A stretch of DNA of 64,000 nucleotides from Lingula anatina (Eukaryota; Animalia; Brachiopoda). The notes beneath the pieces are model-generated. The model was not told the DNA's origin and did not search any database. It was given only the letters and a program-made list of their open reading frames with translations. Made by a program: the position numbers and the translations under genes. The DNA lies in assembly GCA_051362555.1 (NCBI GenBank), contig CM120640.1, positions 11,594,001-11,658,000 on the forward strand, written 5' to 3'. Shown here one piece after another: positions 12,984 through 25,670 of this stretch; the first letter of the stretch is position 1; every line of letters starts with the position of its first letter.

Positions 12984-14187
12984 CTAGAGGATCAGAGAGG
13001 CCATATCACCTCTGGATATTGTACCACAAGCTAGAGTAAGCACATTCGCATGGGGAAAAAAAAGGGACACCACCTCCAGTGTTGTGCTTGACAAGCTCTA
13101 CAAAATGCAGTAAACAAGAGTTCTCAACATTTTTGTTGAAAATTACCATTTAAAACGAAAATCATAGGGAAAAGGGTTTAAATCCAAATTTGTGAAGTGC
13201 GGTTAATGGTGAAAAGTTGGTCCAAGGTCAATTCCAGTTAGATTGCCAGTATGTGATTTCTGATTCAAGTTCAATAGTAACTATGGGCATATCTCTGCCA
13301 GTTTTAAGCACCCCGCTGCGCCAGATGACCACGTTAATCAATCAGACTAACTATAACTGTGTACATTTTTGTTGACTTCGCTGGGGGCTGCCATTTTTGT
13401 TTGTTTCTGGCTACTGGCACATGCGCATTGTTGGCATGACATGAGCAATCGGCGCTTGCACCCTGCACACGCTGAGCTATTTGTCTCAAGAGGCCAAAAA
13501 TATCAAACACGTGAGATATTTTGCTCAGCTACGCGAGAGCTAAGCAAAAATCTCACCAAAATTCCCCCGCAAACGGTCAGCAAATGGCGCAGCGCAAATG
13601 GTGCGCACAAATTGCTCACCGTGTGCGGGGTGCTTTAGAGATATAAGGGATAGAAAAGTTGCAAAGTTCAGTTCATAGTGAAAAGTAGGTCAAAGGTAAA
13701 TTTCAAGGTCAAACTTAGATTGCCAGTGTATATCTTCCTATTCAAGTTCAACGGTAATTATGGGGTATCTCTGCCAGTAGTTAAGTTCATGATGAAAAGT
13801 AGGTCAAAGGTCAATTTCAAGGTCACAAATTGCCAGTATTTGACTTCCTATTCAAGTACAAGAATAACTATGGGCCTATCTCTGCCAGTTAAGAAGATAT
13901 AAGGAAGGGGCAACAATGTTGCAAAGTTCAGTTCATAATGAAAAGTAGGTCAAAAGTCAATTACAGGTCACAGTTAGATTGCCAGTATATGACTTCCTAT
14001 TAAAGTTCAACAGTAACTATGGTTCTATCTCTGCCAGTTTTGGAGATATAAGGGGCTTCAATGTTGCAAAGTTCAGTTCACAGTGAAAAGCAGGTCAAAA
14101 GTCAATTTCAAGGCCACAGTTAGATTGCCAGTATATGACTTCCTATTCAAGTTCAATAGTAACTATGCCTACGCTGGTGGTACAATA
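12984..14187 (-). mobile_element. HINE family A, internally deleted copy with a nested MITE
   Basis: Same CTAGAGGATCAGAGAGG start and CGCTGGTGGTACAATA end; several 146-bp units, some partial. Confidence 0.8.
13307..13634. mobile_element. PIF/Harbinger-type (Tourist-like) MITE nested in a satellite unit
   Basis: TIR AGCACCCCGC/GCGGGGTGCT with TTA TSD; removing it restores GCCAGTTTTAGAGATA, matching the array unit. Confidence 0.75.
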
Positions 14188-14849
14188 ATCCAGTCAGTCC
14201 AGCAGAGAAGAACCTTGATTTACGTAAAAATGAGTGATCAATCTTCATGAAAAATTTAAACCTCCAAGCTGAATAGTTGTCTTTTATCTATGCCTTTGCA
14301 TTATATAAAATGTGATGAATTTTTGATTGAACCGTTGAAATATGATAGGAATATAAACACTTCCTTTTGGAACGACTTCACAAAGGTAAAACTGAAAAGC
14401 TTGCAATAGTTTGCATAATCAACTTATTCAATCGGTTTATTTATACTGTAACCTGTGTAAATTCAGAGGCAAGAGAAAACAAGCAGGTGACTGACAAAGA
14501 ACCCTTACTTTTTGTCAAGATTTAATTCTCAAATGAATTCCAACAATATCTGCTTCACTGATGTTTTTTACCAACAACATACAGTTACTCTAATTCAATA
14601 TGCAAATATACAATTTCCCTAATTCATGTTCTGCCTCACATATATCAGTTAACACAAACTCTGCTACAAGTGGTTGCCAAATTCTGTCCCAACTTCTGTT
14701 ACTTAAGACATGCGCACATCCAAACATAAAATAATATACTCCCTTGCTATGCACACAAAACTGCATTGTCTCCCAGGTACAGAAACACAGTTATTGTTAA
14801 CAAATTTTGACTGCAAAAGAAAGGTGTGTCAATTTTTTTTTTTACTTAC

Positions 14850-15273
14850 CAGTGTCACCACTGCAGTGCTGTGGTTTCTTCTGGTGCTTTTTGTCACACA
14901 AAAAGCCATGCGTGCCCGATTTCACCTTTGTGGGTTGCTGTTTATTTCTAGTGTCATCAAGGTCTTCGCCCATATCAATATTATTGCCAGTTGTATCACA
15001 CTGCTCTGTTTGGTTACATAACTCTTTGTTCCTATCATGAGGAGTGGCACCTAGCAACAATGCACTAGAAGAATTGGTACAAAATTGGTCTATATCACTG
15101 ACTTTTTTCTGCTTGTAAAAACCATGAGGTTTTTCAAACAGTATCTGTATAGGCATCAAACCTAGGTACCTGAAGAATTCACATGCTGAATGCCAGGATG
15201 GTGTTGAAAATGACAAGTTATCAATAACAACACCATCTGGCCCATAGCTCTTTCTATCTGTCTGCTCAAGCAT
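14850..15273 (-). CDS. uncharacterised minus-strand gene, exon containing the ATG at 15273 (MLEQTDRKSYGPDG...SWHSACEFFRYLGLMP...); exon acceptor at 15345
   Basis: ORF 14842-15273; gccATG context; donor G|GTAAGT at 14849; acceptor ctattttcag ahead of 15345; phase 1 matches the next exon. Confidence 0.7.
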
Positions 15274-16402
15274 GGCTCTTGCTTTAAGTTTTTCCTCGTT
15301 GACTTTTTTGGTATTGAAAGAGCATATTCATGTGACCCCTGTAACCTGAAAATAGAAAAAAAATAATAATTTAGTCACAAAAAAGCAAAACAAAGCAGCA
15401 CAGCTGTCAAATGCACAGACATATAAATGATGAAAATGATAAAAGTGATAAAACATTTATGTTATAATGGTCTACAAATGAACAAACAAAAATATTTTAT
15501 TGAGAAAGTGCATGAAATAGGTTTTCTATCAAGCTGCAATATTATATTGTCAATAAAATACTTTTGTTACTGTGGGCAAATGCATCCGGAAAATGCAACT
15601 AATAATAATAATAATAATATTTATTTGCAGCTAAAATAGTTGGATAGTACATAATTTACTTGCTTACTTGCTTTCTAACAATTCTTAAAAGCATTAAAAT
15701 TAAGTGACAATTAATTAATAAAAGTGTATAAATGAATTAAAATGATATTTTTTTACATTAAAAATATTCAAAAGGTGAGCCCCATTGCTTTTTAAAAACA
15801 TATAGCTTTAGACTTATGGAAATTCAAAGTCATGCTTTTGAAGAATAAAAAATTAACAATAAGGTATTTGAACTGGAGTTGTAAATTAGTCCTTTGAATC
15901 ATTAATGTTTGAGAATAATAAATAATTTTCAAATAAAATTACTGTGTCTACTAGCTAGCAAAAAATATTGGGAAATTGTACCGCAACCCCAACAGCAATG
16001 ACAGACACAGATGATGGCTACATGTCTAGACGTTTTGTGTAATAAGAATAAAAGTAGGACCATGCAGGGAATCACTATACGTGTAGTCATAAATCCAAAA
16101 GGCATGTTATCATCTTTTGGAATAGTGAAACTCTGCCCCAAAACTGCTCTTTTACAGGAAGGAAAGAATATATCATACACAATAATTATCACAAAGAGAA
16201 AAAAAAAAAGAGAAAAGATAAAGCTAACTTTTGAAACCAATACCAGCATCAAGACTGAGCATACATATTTAATTTATTTCAGTCTAAACACATCCTTCAA
16301 TTTTAATGAACTTTGAAAAACTTCTTATATGAGAAATTCTGCCAATTTTTTTTTTTTTTTTTTTTTTTGAGCTGTCTAAACTCTTTTTCGTATCCTTTGA
16401 AA

Positions 16403-17782
16403 CTAGAGAATCAGCTGAGAGGGCTGGGAGGTTTTTGAAGTGCATTATATGTGGAAAAGTAGGGCAAAGGTCAGAAAGCTATGTAAAGTTTCTCATATAT
16501 GACTGTTAGTCAAGTTTAATAGTACCTATGGGTGTATCTCTGCTAGTTTTGGAGACACAAGAGCTAAAAAATGTGCAAAATGTATTTCATGGTATAAAAT
16601 AGGTCAATGACCAAGCTCAAGGTCATATCAAGATTATTAATATATGAATTCCTATTCAAGTTAAATCTCAAATATGGGTGTATCTCTAATAGTTTTGGAG
16701 AAATAAGGGCTAGAAAATTTCCAAAGTTCACTTCATGGCGAAAAGAAGTCAATGGTCAAATTCAAGGTCACATTAAGATTCCCAATATTCAAAGTTCAAT
16801 TGTAACTATGAGTATATCTCACAAGTTTTGAAGTATTTTACATTTTATTTTGAAAAATGTTCATCACTCATCACCACAGCAATGTGGAGTTGTAGTTCAT
16901 ATTTTTTTAAATAGCGCAACTCATAAACCGTATGGAAAACAAAAAAATTGGAGACAACCCTCAGTAACAAGCAACAAAAACAAGGTGTCTAGCTTTAACA
17001 ATATCAGAATCAGATATAGTTCTCAGTTCCAGCATTTAGTGGCTGCTTTTCCCCTAAAAATGTACCAATTGACCCAAAATATGTGATGATGAAAGAAGAC
17101 CCTGACCATAATATTAAATCATAGGTCTATGCAGTTTTGAAAATAGACACAAATATTTTTTCAGAGAAAACTAAGATTTTTACAAAATTTTGGTCAATTT
17201 GACCTTGAAATATAGATGAAAGGTCAAATCCAAGGTCATTTTTGAAATCCCCACAAGACTTTTGGTCAGGCTTCTATTATAATAGTAACTTTTCCCATAT
17301 TTCCTACTGTTTAGGAGATATTTTCAAAAAAGTTTACAAGGGTGCACTGAAATGAACATCACATCTTTGAAAATGCATTGACAGAGCCCAAAATCTTGGG
17401 GGTTCAAATTGAGATTATATGTTATCTAATCTCAAGAGATGAGGATACAGGTCCTTGTAGTCTATGAAGAGAAGCAGTAATGGTGACTTGGATTGGCTGA
17501 CATGACAGGGGGCTAGACAATACCAAGGCTTCGTTCACATGAAAAATCTATTTTCTATTTGCGGTATCTTGTGATCACTGAATACCCCGCGGCGTAATTA
17601 CTGGCAGCGTGAGCCAGTTACTTCCAAAGCTGTAATTAATTCTCGACTGCGCTCAGAGTGATCACAAGATACCGCGAATAGAAAATAGATTTTTAGAAAA
17701 TAGACTTTTCATGTGAACGGAGTCTAAGACTGGTCAGGACTAAAACCATGAATACTGCTAGCACTCAAACTTGTGGTACTTA
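16403..17782 (-). mobile_element. old, diverged relative of HINE family A
   Basis: CTAGAGAATCAG start, degenerate 146-bp units, colinear similarity to 11700-12440, ends ...TTGTGGTACT. Confidence 0.7.
17527..17724. mobile_element. same MITE family, asymmetric copy nested in the old HINE; one-arm fragment also at ~4560-4650
   Basis: GGCTTCGTTCACATG ... CATGTGAACGGAGTC; shared CTATTTTCTA subterminal repeats. Confidence 0.75.
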
Positions 17783-18009
17783 TAAAGAGATCCTATGTGT
17801 TATATTTATCATAGATGTAAATTGGATTTTTAAAAATAAATAAAACATTTTAAAGCTCATTATTTGAAAACAACAGTCCACATCATCTCATATCCCCCCC
17901 CCTGCACATATACACACGTCATCACCAAATTAGCCAGTAATATCAGTCATCATAATGCGTGTACATAGTTTAAATAAGAATCACATTTAGATTCAATGAT
18001 TCTGTAAGC

Positions 18010-18680
18010 ATTTCCCAAAAACTCTGGATTTACTGCCTTATGTGCATTCTTTTGGACAACATAAATCTTCAGTGTTCAGTGATTTAATCAATTAACCTTT
18101 ATACACGTCAACCTACAGGTGACATCATAATTGTGATTTTGGGGTAGTTGGTTTCTCACATTTATCCTTTACCTGGGCACCTTTGAACACCGTTTTAATG
18201 CCAATTTAATGCCACCATTTAGAACTCCAAAACCCTGCAAGTGATTTTTCTTTAAAGCCCTATTTCAGATTTTATCATTGATAAAGCAAAATAATGCCTT
18301 TGTTTCATAAAACCTGTAATTAGGGGCTCATAACTCCATAACAAAAGCACTTAAACCAAAATGACCGTATGGAATTGAAGCCCATGCACTTGTGGTCAAC
18401 TTTGCCAATTTTGGTGATAAAAACTTGTTCAGGGATAATGTTACGCCCCGTACCAATTGCTATCTCACCTTCAATAGAAAGTTGTTAAATTGACAATAAC
18501 AGTTTTGAGCTGCCCATATTTATACATAACAATGAAAAATTTAACATCGTACTTTATATTTTCAAAGGGATTTTGATTGTTTTAAATCTTCACAAAGATA
18601 GACTCATTATTAAAAAATCAGATGAAAGAAAAACCTAAGTTTTGGTATCTGGACGGTAATAAACCCTTACGGTACCCTTA
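18010..18680. mobile_element. family C copy, diverged
   Basis: Shares GATAAAGCAAAATAATGC and GGGCTCATAACTCCATAACAAAA blocks; ends ...CCCTTAA. Confidence 0.6.
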
Positions 18681-19563
18681 AACAGCTAACGTAGCATGTG
18701 CTAGCTAGTTGCTACATTTTTTTAATTTCATAGATTTAACATAGTTTTAAAAGTTTTGTTGATAAATTTTATATATTGATAATACCATGTTATGTTTTGA
18801 TTGTGTCAATAACTTAGCACATGTTCTCTCTTCTTCCATACTGCTCACAGCATAGGCCATGACCATTTTTTTCACAGATGATAACTTCAAAATGATTTCA
18901 TGCTGGACATAAACACCTACTTATGACTCCAGATTAGTCACTATTAACTCTAGGAAAAGTAATTACTTTTGTATACATGTGAACTAGGCCCTTTTCTTTA
19001 TTTCAAATCTTTGGTGTAAAGAATTTTTATATATCCAAATTGAATCAATGTTTAGGCCTAATACAATCTCCACAAATTATAAAAAAAAAGTACCAAAGAT
19101 GTACAGTAACTCCGACTGCAAGGTACCAAAACTGCTTGCCCATCTCCAATCTGATTCATTCTCAATGAAAATTGCATCATCTATCTTATTTTTCAACATG
19201 ATAATTATTTTATTAAAAAATTATGCTGCTTTCAACACATATGTGTTTTGCACAAATGTACCCTAATGTACTTGGGAGAATAAATCCATGCATCATTTTA
19301 TATTACAATTTCAATTATAAACATAACTAAGAAAAGTATATGAAGCAGAAGAAATTATTGAACGGCAGCATGAGTTATGTATGCCGAAATTTATGTTAAA
19401 TTTAATTGAAACCCAGTCAAACTGTATACATCGAATTGATAGTGATATGACCCTACCTAACCACTGTTGTTCTAAATACATCTTTTAATCCTTTACATAT
19501 GATAAAAAATCACTGAAAGACAAACTTCTCTCTTCTGTCCTTCTGAAATAGTCACTGGCTTAC

Positions 19564-19594
19564 CTTATCAGTGGCCTTTTTGTCATGACATATC
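19564..19594 (-). other. putative 31-nt upstream exon of the minus-strand gene (contains ATG ACA AAA AGG CCA CTG ATA AG)
   Basis: Acceptor gattgttgcag, strong donor AAG|GTAAGC. Confidence 0.5.
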
Positions 19595-20321
19595 CTGCAA
19601 CAATCAATACATGACAAACCAATTTTGATCATGTAATCTGAAACTAAATTTGTTCATGAAAGAACATCAGCAGTGATAAAAACATGACTTTTAAGAACCT
19701 GGTTGAACCGGTTTCATGTGAAAGGGCATCCAATTTTCCTTTAAAAAAATCAGGTAGAACAGATATGGTATTTTCTATGACACTTAACAATCACAATTAT
19801 AATAATTGGCTAGAAAACAAGCTTGTTTGCTACATGACCCTAGAAACTAGACAAGTTGAAGTATTAATAGCCAGTGAAAATGCTTGCAGGTCTACGCTAA
19901 ATAAAACTATTGTTTTACTAGATAACAGATGAAAAGGTGGCATGACAGGAGCATTTTATGTATACACTGTGCACATTACTATGCAAGATTGTATATAACA
20001 ATAATATGTACAAAAAGAAAGAATGCAAGAAAACAAAAAACATACTGTTGAAAATAATCACCACAGGTTGGGATAAATTCCTGGCTGTAGGTGAAATGAA
20101 TAGATATTTATATTTAGAAAAACAATGTCACAGATATTTCAAAAAGACAAGGAAACTTCAACCAGACATATAAATAAAACATTCCTATTATGTAACCTGT
20201 GTTATTTGTTTATATATATAATTTTCAAATAAGCACCTCCTGAAGGTATGCCCGTGAAACTCGGAGTTGGGGTTGATACATGTCTCTTGTTTTTTTTAAT
20301 TTTATTTATTTATTAATTTTA

Positions 20322-20323
<2 letters not shown>

Positions 20324-20364
<41 letters not shown>
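20324..20364. repeat. (TG)n microsatellite
   Basis: Read directly, ~20 units. Confidence 0.95.
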
Positions 20365-20369
<5 letters not shown>

Positions 20370-21527
20370 AACAGTCTAATCTATTGTCTGTTCCTTAAAA
20401 TTCAGTATTCAAAGTCAGGACATAACAAATGTGAAATATTTCAAATATTCACACAATCTATTTTGAGAGCTGTACATGTAAAACATATACATAAAGGATT
20501 TTCCTGAGAAGGAATCATGTCTTTGTGTTGTTTGCTTCTTTCATTAATAAGATAAGACGATTCCTGAAAGGACATATTGTATTGATCTCTTGAAGTCTGT
20601 ACTATCATCGAATTACAGAAGAACATGAAATAAACTGACTATCTTATTTCAAATGATTACCAAAGACAAACAGGCTGACTTTAGTACTACAGAATGATCA
20701 CGTATAATTTAACCTTAAATAACCATCTACATGTGTATTATCAATGCACATGTCTTACAATAATTGCTCATGACATTAAAATCCATTTAAAACTGACAAA
20801 GAGATGGCTTTTTTACACCTGTCAACAATAAGAAAATCCCAATAGGTATCCACATGTAGTCTGCCAACATGTTGAAAGGAAATCATTCAACCTGGCCTTA
20901 TGTCTTGGGTGTAAAATCATGTGAGATCTCCACAGGAGGAGAGTGGGGTCAGAAACAATGGCAGACTGGTGAGTGTAGTGTGACAATGAATAAAAGCTGA
21001 CGGAATTTATCTACGGATATTTTTCTCTATCAAATCACAGTTGAGTAAGAATTCACCATGTTTTGCATGTCATTTTGTATTGCTTTCTTTGACCACATTC
21101 AAGGAATACAAGGCTTCACTCTTACTGCTGAAAAGGTAACCCCACTTCATGCAGATTCTCACACAATTCTTGTCTAATTTGATACTAAGCAGTGTTAAAA
21201 GTCTTGTTTAATGCCATTTCAGTTGATTTCCATTGCCAAGCTCAACTACTTCCACCCCTTAGCATTCTTTTCTCTTTTTTGACCACTTTCTAAATTAGGA
21301 AGGGACCAGAACTGGTCTCGAGCAGAACTTTCCCTCCATTTTAGGAGGTTGATTTCTAAAATTTTTTTTTCTTTATCCTGGATCAATAAGATTTTGCAGA
21401 AATAAACATAGTCATGATATGAGATAATGTTTTCACATCAAAAATATACATCAGGTTGAATATTGCTATTACTCAAGATGAAGACATAATGACAGCATTT
21501 TTTTGGGGAGTGACAATTATGCCTTTT

Positions 21528-21849
21528 CAGGCCAACCCAACTACCAGACTGCACGGAATGATCCTGAATTCACCAGTAGATCGGACCATGCTACCTGTTT
21601 TCAAAGTGTGTGCCAGTACGCGCTTTGAAGTATCAGATGGACACCGCTCTTGCCTAGTAATATACGATGAGACAGCGATGATCTGAGCAGAGTTGGAAAG
21701 TATTGCATCTCATCTCAAAATTTGTTCTGGGGTATGATACTGTGAAATGCGTACTGACGCACACCTTGAAAACAGGTAGTGTGGTCCAATCTACCGGTGA
21801 ATTTGAGATCATTCGGTGTCGAGTCTGGTAGTATACATGGGTAGGCCTG
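21528..21849. mobile_element. MITE family B, full copy
   Basis: Same TIRs; possible 5-bp TSD CTTTT. Confidence 0.8.
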
Positions 21850-23891
21850 CTTTTTATTAGTAGGGCTCATATCTCCTGAACAAAAATACTTAAAACCAAA
21901 TGATGACACTGAATATAGTACCCCAGCAGTTTGCACCCAAGGCATTATATAATATGCCAATTTTCTTGTTAATATCTTACTTTGTTTCAGAATTATGATG
22001 GTAATCGATCAGTGTCTCACATCAATTTACCTCTAAGAAGGAGAAACTGATGATAAAAGCTTGTCTGCCCTGGGTGGGATAGTGAATAAAACAACAAAAA
22101 AAGCAGTTTTTTACTCTAGAAGTGTTCATCTCTGTTGAACTAATATAAAGGCATGTGTCTAATGTAAAAGAAACAAAGAAAAAAGTTTTCTTTTGCCAAA
22201 TGCAGTCACGTATATCATATCAAACCCTATTACATGAAATGATAAAATTTTTATTCGTTGCAACTGTGGAGAAACATGAAAATATGACATGTATCTTGAT
22301 AAGATCTATAGTTATGACCCCAAAAAGGCAGAAAAAATTGAAAGGTTACTCTTTTTTGCTGAATAATAATCCAGTAGGCATCCTTAACTAATATTTTGAA
22401 TAACATTTTGTATTCCTTTCCCCTAGCTACACAAAGCCTCAAAACTGTAAGGGTAATAATATGCTGCCCTTATGCCTAAAAAACTTAAAACCATTATTTA
22501 TATACCAGGTGGTGACAGTTTTTTTTTGTGTAATAATGTACTAACAGATACCCCTAAAGGCAGACCAACATACACCAGGTATGACTTGATTGCATCACCT
22601 ATGCACTGGACTAAGATTACATACTCGGGACTTCTATGCTGGTGCCTTTTTTTACTCTTATTTACCCTACTTTAAATAATTGCTAACCTCACTCAAGTAT
22701 CTCAGTATTTTCTCAAATTATCGCACCGCTCTATCGTCAAGGTGTTTCTGCTGGAACAACTCAGGGTGACTCCTGTTCTCACCACCAACACCAACCAGTT
22801 ATTGAATAATTTTTCCATTCCTTCCATGTTAGCAACTATAACAAATTTTACTCAAACAACAGGAACCCTGGAATCATCTTTATCTAACTTATGTTTGCTG
22901 AAAGCATACAGCATTCAAAGAAAGTTCCAAAAGCTCTCATGGCAGTTAAGTACCAATCTAACTGATCTGAGCTACCTGCCTATGCTTGTGATCAGCTTGT
23001 TATATCCCATGGCATCGATACCCTGTCAACAGGTGGACTATTACAAAACAGTTGACTGACAAGAAAATCGTGCAACATACCCTGGGTGAAGAGCTTTAAA
23101 TCAGTAATGCAAAATAGTGATATCTACATAACCGAGAAGAAAAATGATGAATTATTTTGCAAACTTACGACTCATCTTCACAGCTTACTCAAAGCTGGGG
23201 TTGTCTTGAAAGTTGGGTTTTAGAAAGTGTCAATAATATGAATGATGGTTACACCATGCCCTCTACCGGGGCCACAGATTGATTCTTCACTAGACATTCA
23301 CAGATATGTCTTTGGATAATTCATGGCACATTTGTGAACTGTGATCCTGAATGGAATCTCAAGGATATGGTAATTACTCAATCTTTTCAATGGGCAAAAA
23401 TTATCGAACGTTCAGATAGATTTTTTTGTAATGACAATATTATATTTCTATATAGTATATTTGGTGCTTTTACAGCATAGAAAAGAACAAGAGTTGCCTG
23501 CTTTTTAATTATGTAGCTTCCACTTAGAAGAATTAAAAGAAATTATGAAAATAAAGTATCGGTAAAATTCACAATTTTTCCCGAATGTAAAGGTTGAGTA
23601 ATTATAGGCACTGTCACTAGAAAATTCCCTGCCAATTCCCCCTGACAGCAATCAAGACAGTTAATTCCTCTGACTTGAATCACTTGCCTTTCCGAGACAA
23701 AATAATTGGATAGGTTGTATTAATTGTATTGACGGAGGAGGAAGTTATTGGTGCGCTCAGCTCTCGGAAGCTCTTTCACCTTAGGTGTGTCAGACAATGA
23801 AGCTGGTTACACTGAATGCACTTTAACAAGAATCTCCCGCGGAGTTGGATTGATCCAGCTAGTATGATGGGTTTATCTGAACGTGGTCTAT

Positions 23892-24074
23892 GGCCCCATT
23901 CAGAAGAGGGGACTAACTAGTCCAAGGGTCAAATATGGTGACCCACTACAAAGCTTGCCATCTAATCTGCTAGTAGACACTGAATAGATATCCCGTGGGG
24001 AAGTATTCAAATAGGTCAGTCATATTTGACCCTCGGACTAGTTGAGCCCAGAGTCGCCTATTCTGAATGGAGCC
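23892..24074. mobile_element. small MITE with 3-bp TSD (Harbinger-like)
   Basis: TIR GGCCCCATTCAGAA / TTCTGAATGGAGCC; inner IR AACTAGTCC-AGGGTCAAATATG; TAT on both flanks. Confidence 0.7.
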
Positions 24075-24546
24075 TATGTCACCGCAACTTACATTGTGGA
24101 ATATTTCAATTTTCTAAGGGGCAATCTCCATTTTGCATTGTGGGATATTTCAATCCTGCAAGGGTTGATCTCCAACAGTTACTAGTACTCCTGACTTTTG
24201 TTAAAATATCATTTTAAAGTTGGTGAAAATTTCTTGTGTTTTTAAGGTCATAATACATGGCTTAAAATGTATCATTATTTGACAGAATTTGAGTTCTCAT
24301 TTTTTTCATTTTCTGATGCACGTTTAAATTTATCATATCTTGCATCTTAAGGGACTATGCTGATCAAATTATCAATAACAGGTAATTATAATGTTATCAT
24401 TATGAGAGGGTGCCATTTTTACCTGTTGAAGTACCTACAAGCATTTTTCAATCAAATCTAAGTAATCCTAACTGGGGGTAGATAGCAATCAGGTTGGTGG
24501 GTTACTCCAGATAAAACAGCCAAAATTGGTGTATTTATTGACAAAA

Positions 24547-24585
<39 letters not shown>

Positions 24586-24729
24586 ATGCTACAGATTTTG
24601 ATAACACTGTTGTAGCATAAAATGTCTGTTAATTCTCCTTATTGAACCACACTATGTTTGATAGTCAGAAAGGCCTCCCGTCTGGACATAAGCCTTTCTT
24701 AATTTCTCCAGTTAGATGGGCTAATCCTT

Positions 24730-25170
24730 GCCTTTTCCTAAACCAGGTTCTGGTCTTTTCAGGGCCAAAGTACACTTCCTTCTTTACCAGATTTTGACCT
24801 TTTCAGGCCCTCACGCCCATTGGTCTCTTAACTAGATCCTGACCTTTTCAGGGCTAAGGAACACCTTATTCTTAACCAGTTTCTGACCCTTCAGGGCTAA
24901 GGTACATTCCTTTTTAATCTGATTCTGGCCTTTTCAAGGCCTCCTGCACATTTGTTTCTTAACCATATTCTGTCCTTTTCAGGGCCAAGTTACACCTTCC
25001 TTTACCAGTTTCTGGCCTTTTCAGGGCATCGTGCACATTTGTTTCTTAACCACATTCTATCCTTTTCAGGGCCAAGACACACCTTCCTTTACCAGTTTCT
25101 GGCCTTTTCAGGGCCACATGCACATCTGTAACTTAACCAGATTAAGACCCTTTCAGTGCCCCTTGTACAT
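24730..25170. repeat. minisatellite, ~10 x 42-45 bp, with partly alternating unit types
   Basis: CCTTTTCAGGGCC core recurs every 42-45 bp. Confidence 0.85.
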
Positions 25171-25239
25171 CTCACTTCACAATTTGTCTTGGTATTAGAC
25201 CTCTCCTATTTAATACCGCACTGATGTCATTTCATCTTA

Positions 25240-25670
25240 TTGATATTTCCTCTCCGTTTGTCAGGTTTTAGTGGCATCCTTCTACAATATAGTTTATTTA
25301 TATTTTCCTCCCCACTACATTGGGTCAGGTGGCATGCTTTTATGACATATTTGTTAATTTATAATTTCCTCCCTGCTACGTCAGGTTCAGTGGCATGCTT
25401 TTATGATACATTTGTTTATCAATTTATATTGTCCACCTTGCTATGTCAGGTTGAATGGCATGCTTTTCACAATATATTTGTTTATTTATTTATATTTTCT
25501 TCCCTGCTATGTTTGGTTGAGTGGCATGCTTTTTACAATATATTTGTTTATTTATTTATATTTTCTTCCCAGCTACGTTTGATTGATTGGCATGCTTTTA
25601 TGACAGGTTCAATTATTTTATTTTTATTTATATTCACATCCATGCATTGTTAGGTTGAGGGGCATGCTTA
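25240..25670. repeat. ~60-70-bp tandem repeat (GTGGCATGCTTTT...), copy 1, interrupted by the TA-TSD element
   Basis: ~7 units; paralogue at 32962-33390. Confidence 0.85.

Noticed and set aside
15328-15330. In-frame TGA upstream of ATG 15273 as selenocysteine
   Set aside because: No selenoprotein context and no SECIS recognised. UTR or frameshift explanations are simpler.
24950-25170. 42/45-bp repeat units as a coding repeat on the minus strand
   Set aside because: Recurrent in-frame TAA codons, and the earlier units are not multiples of 3.
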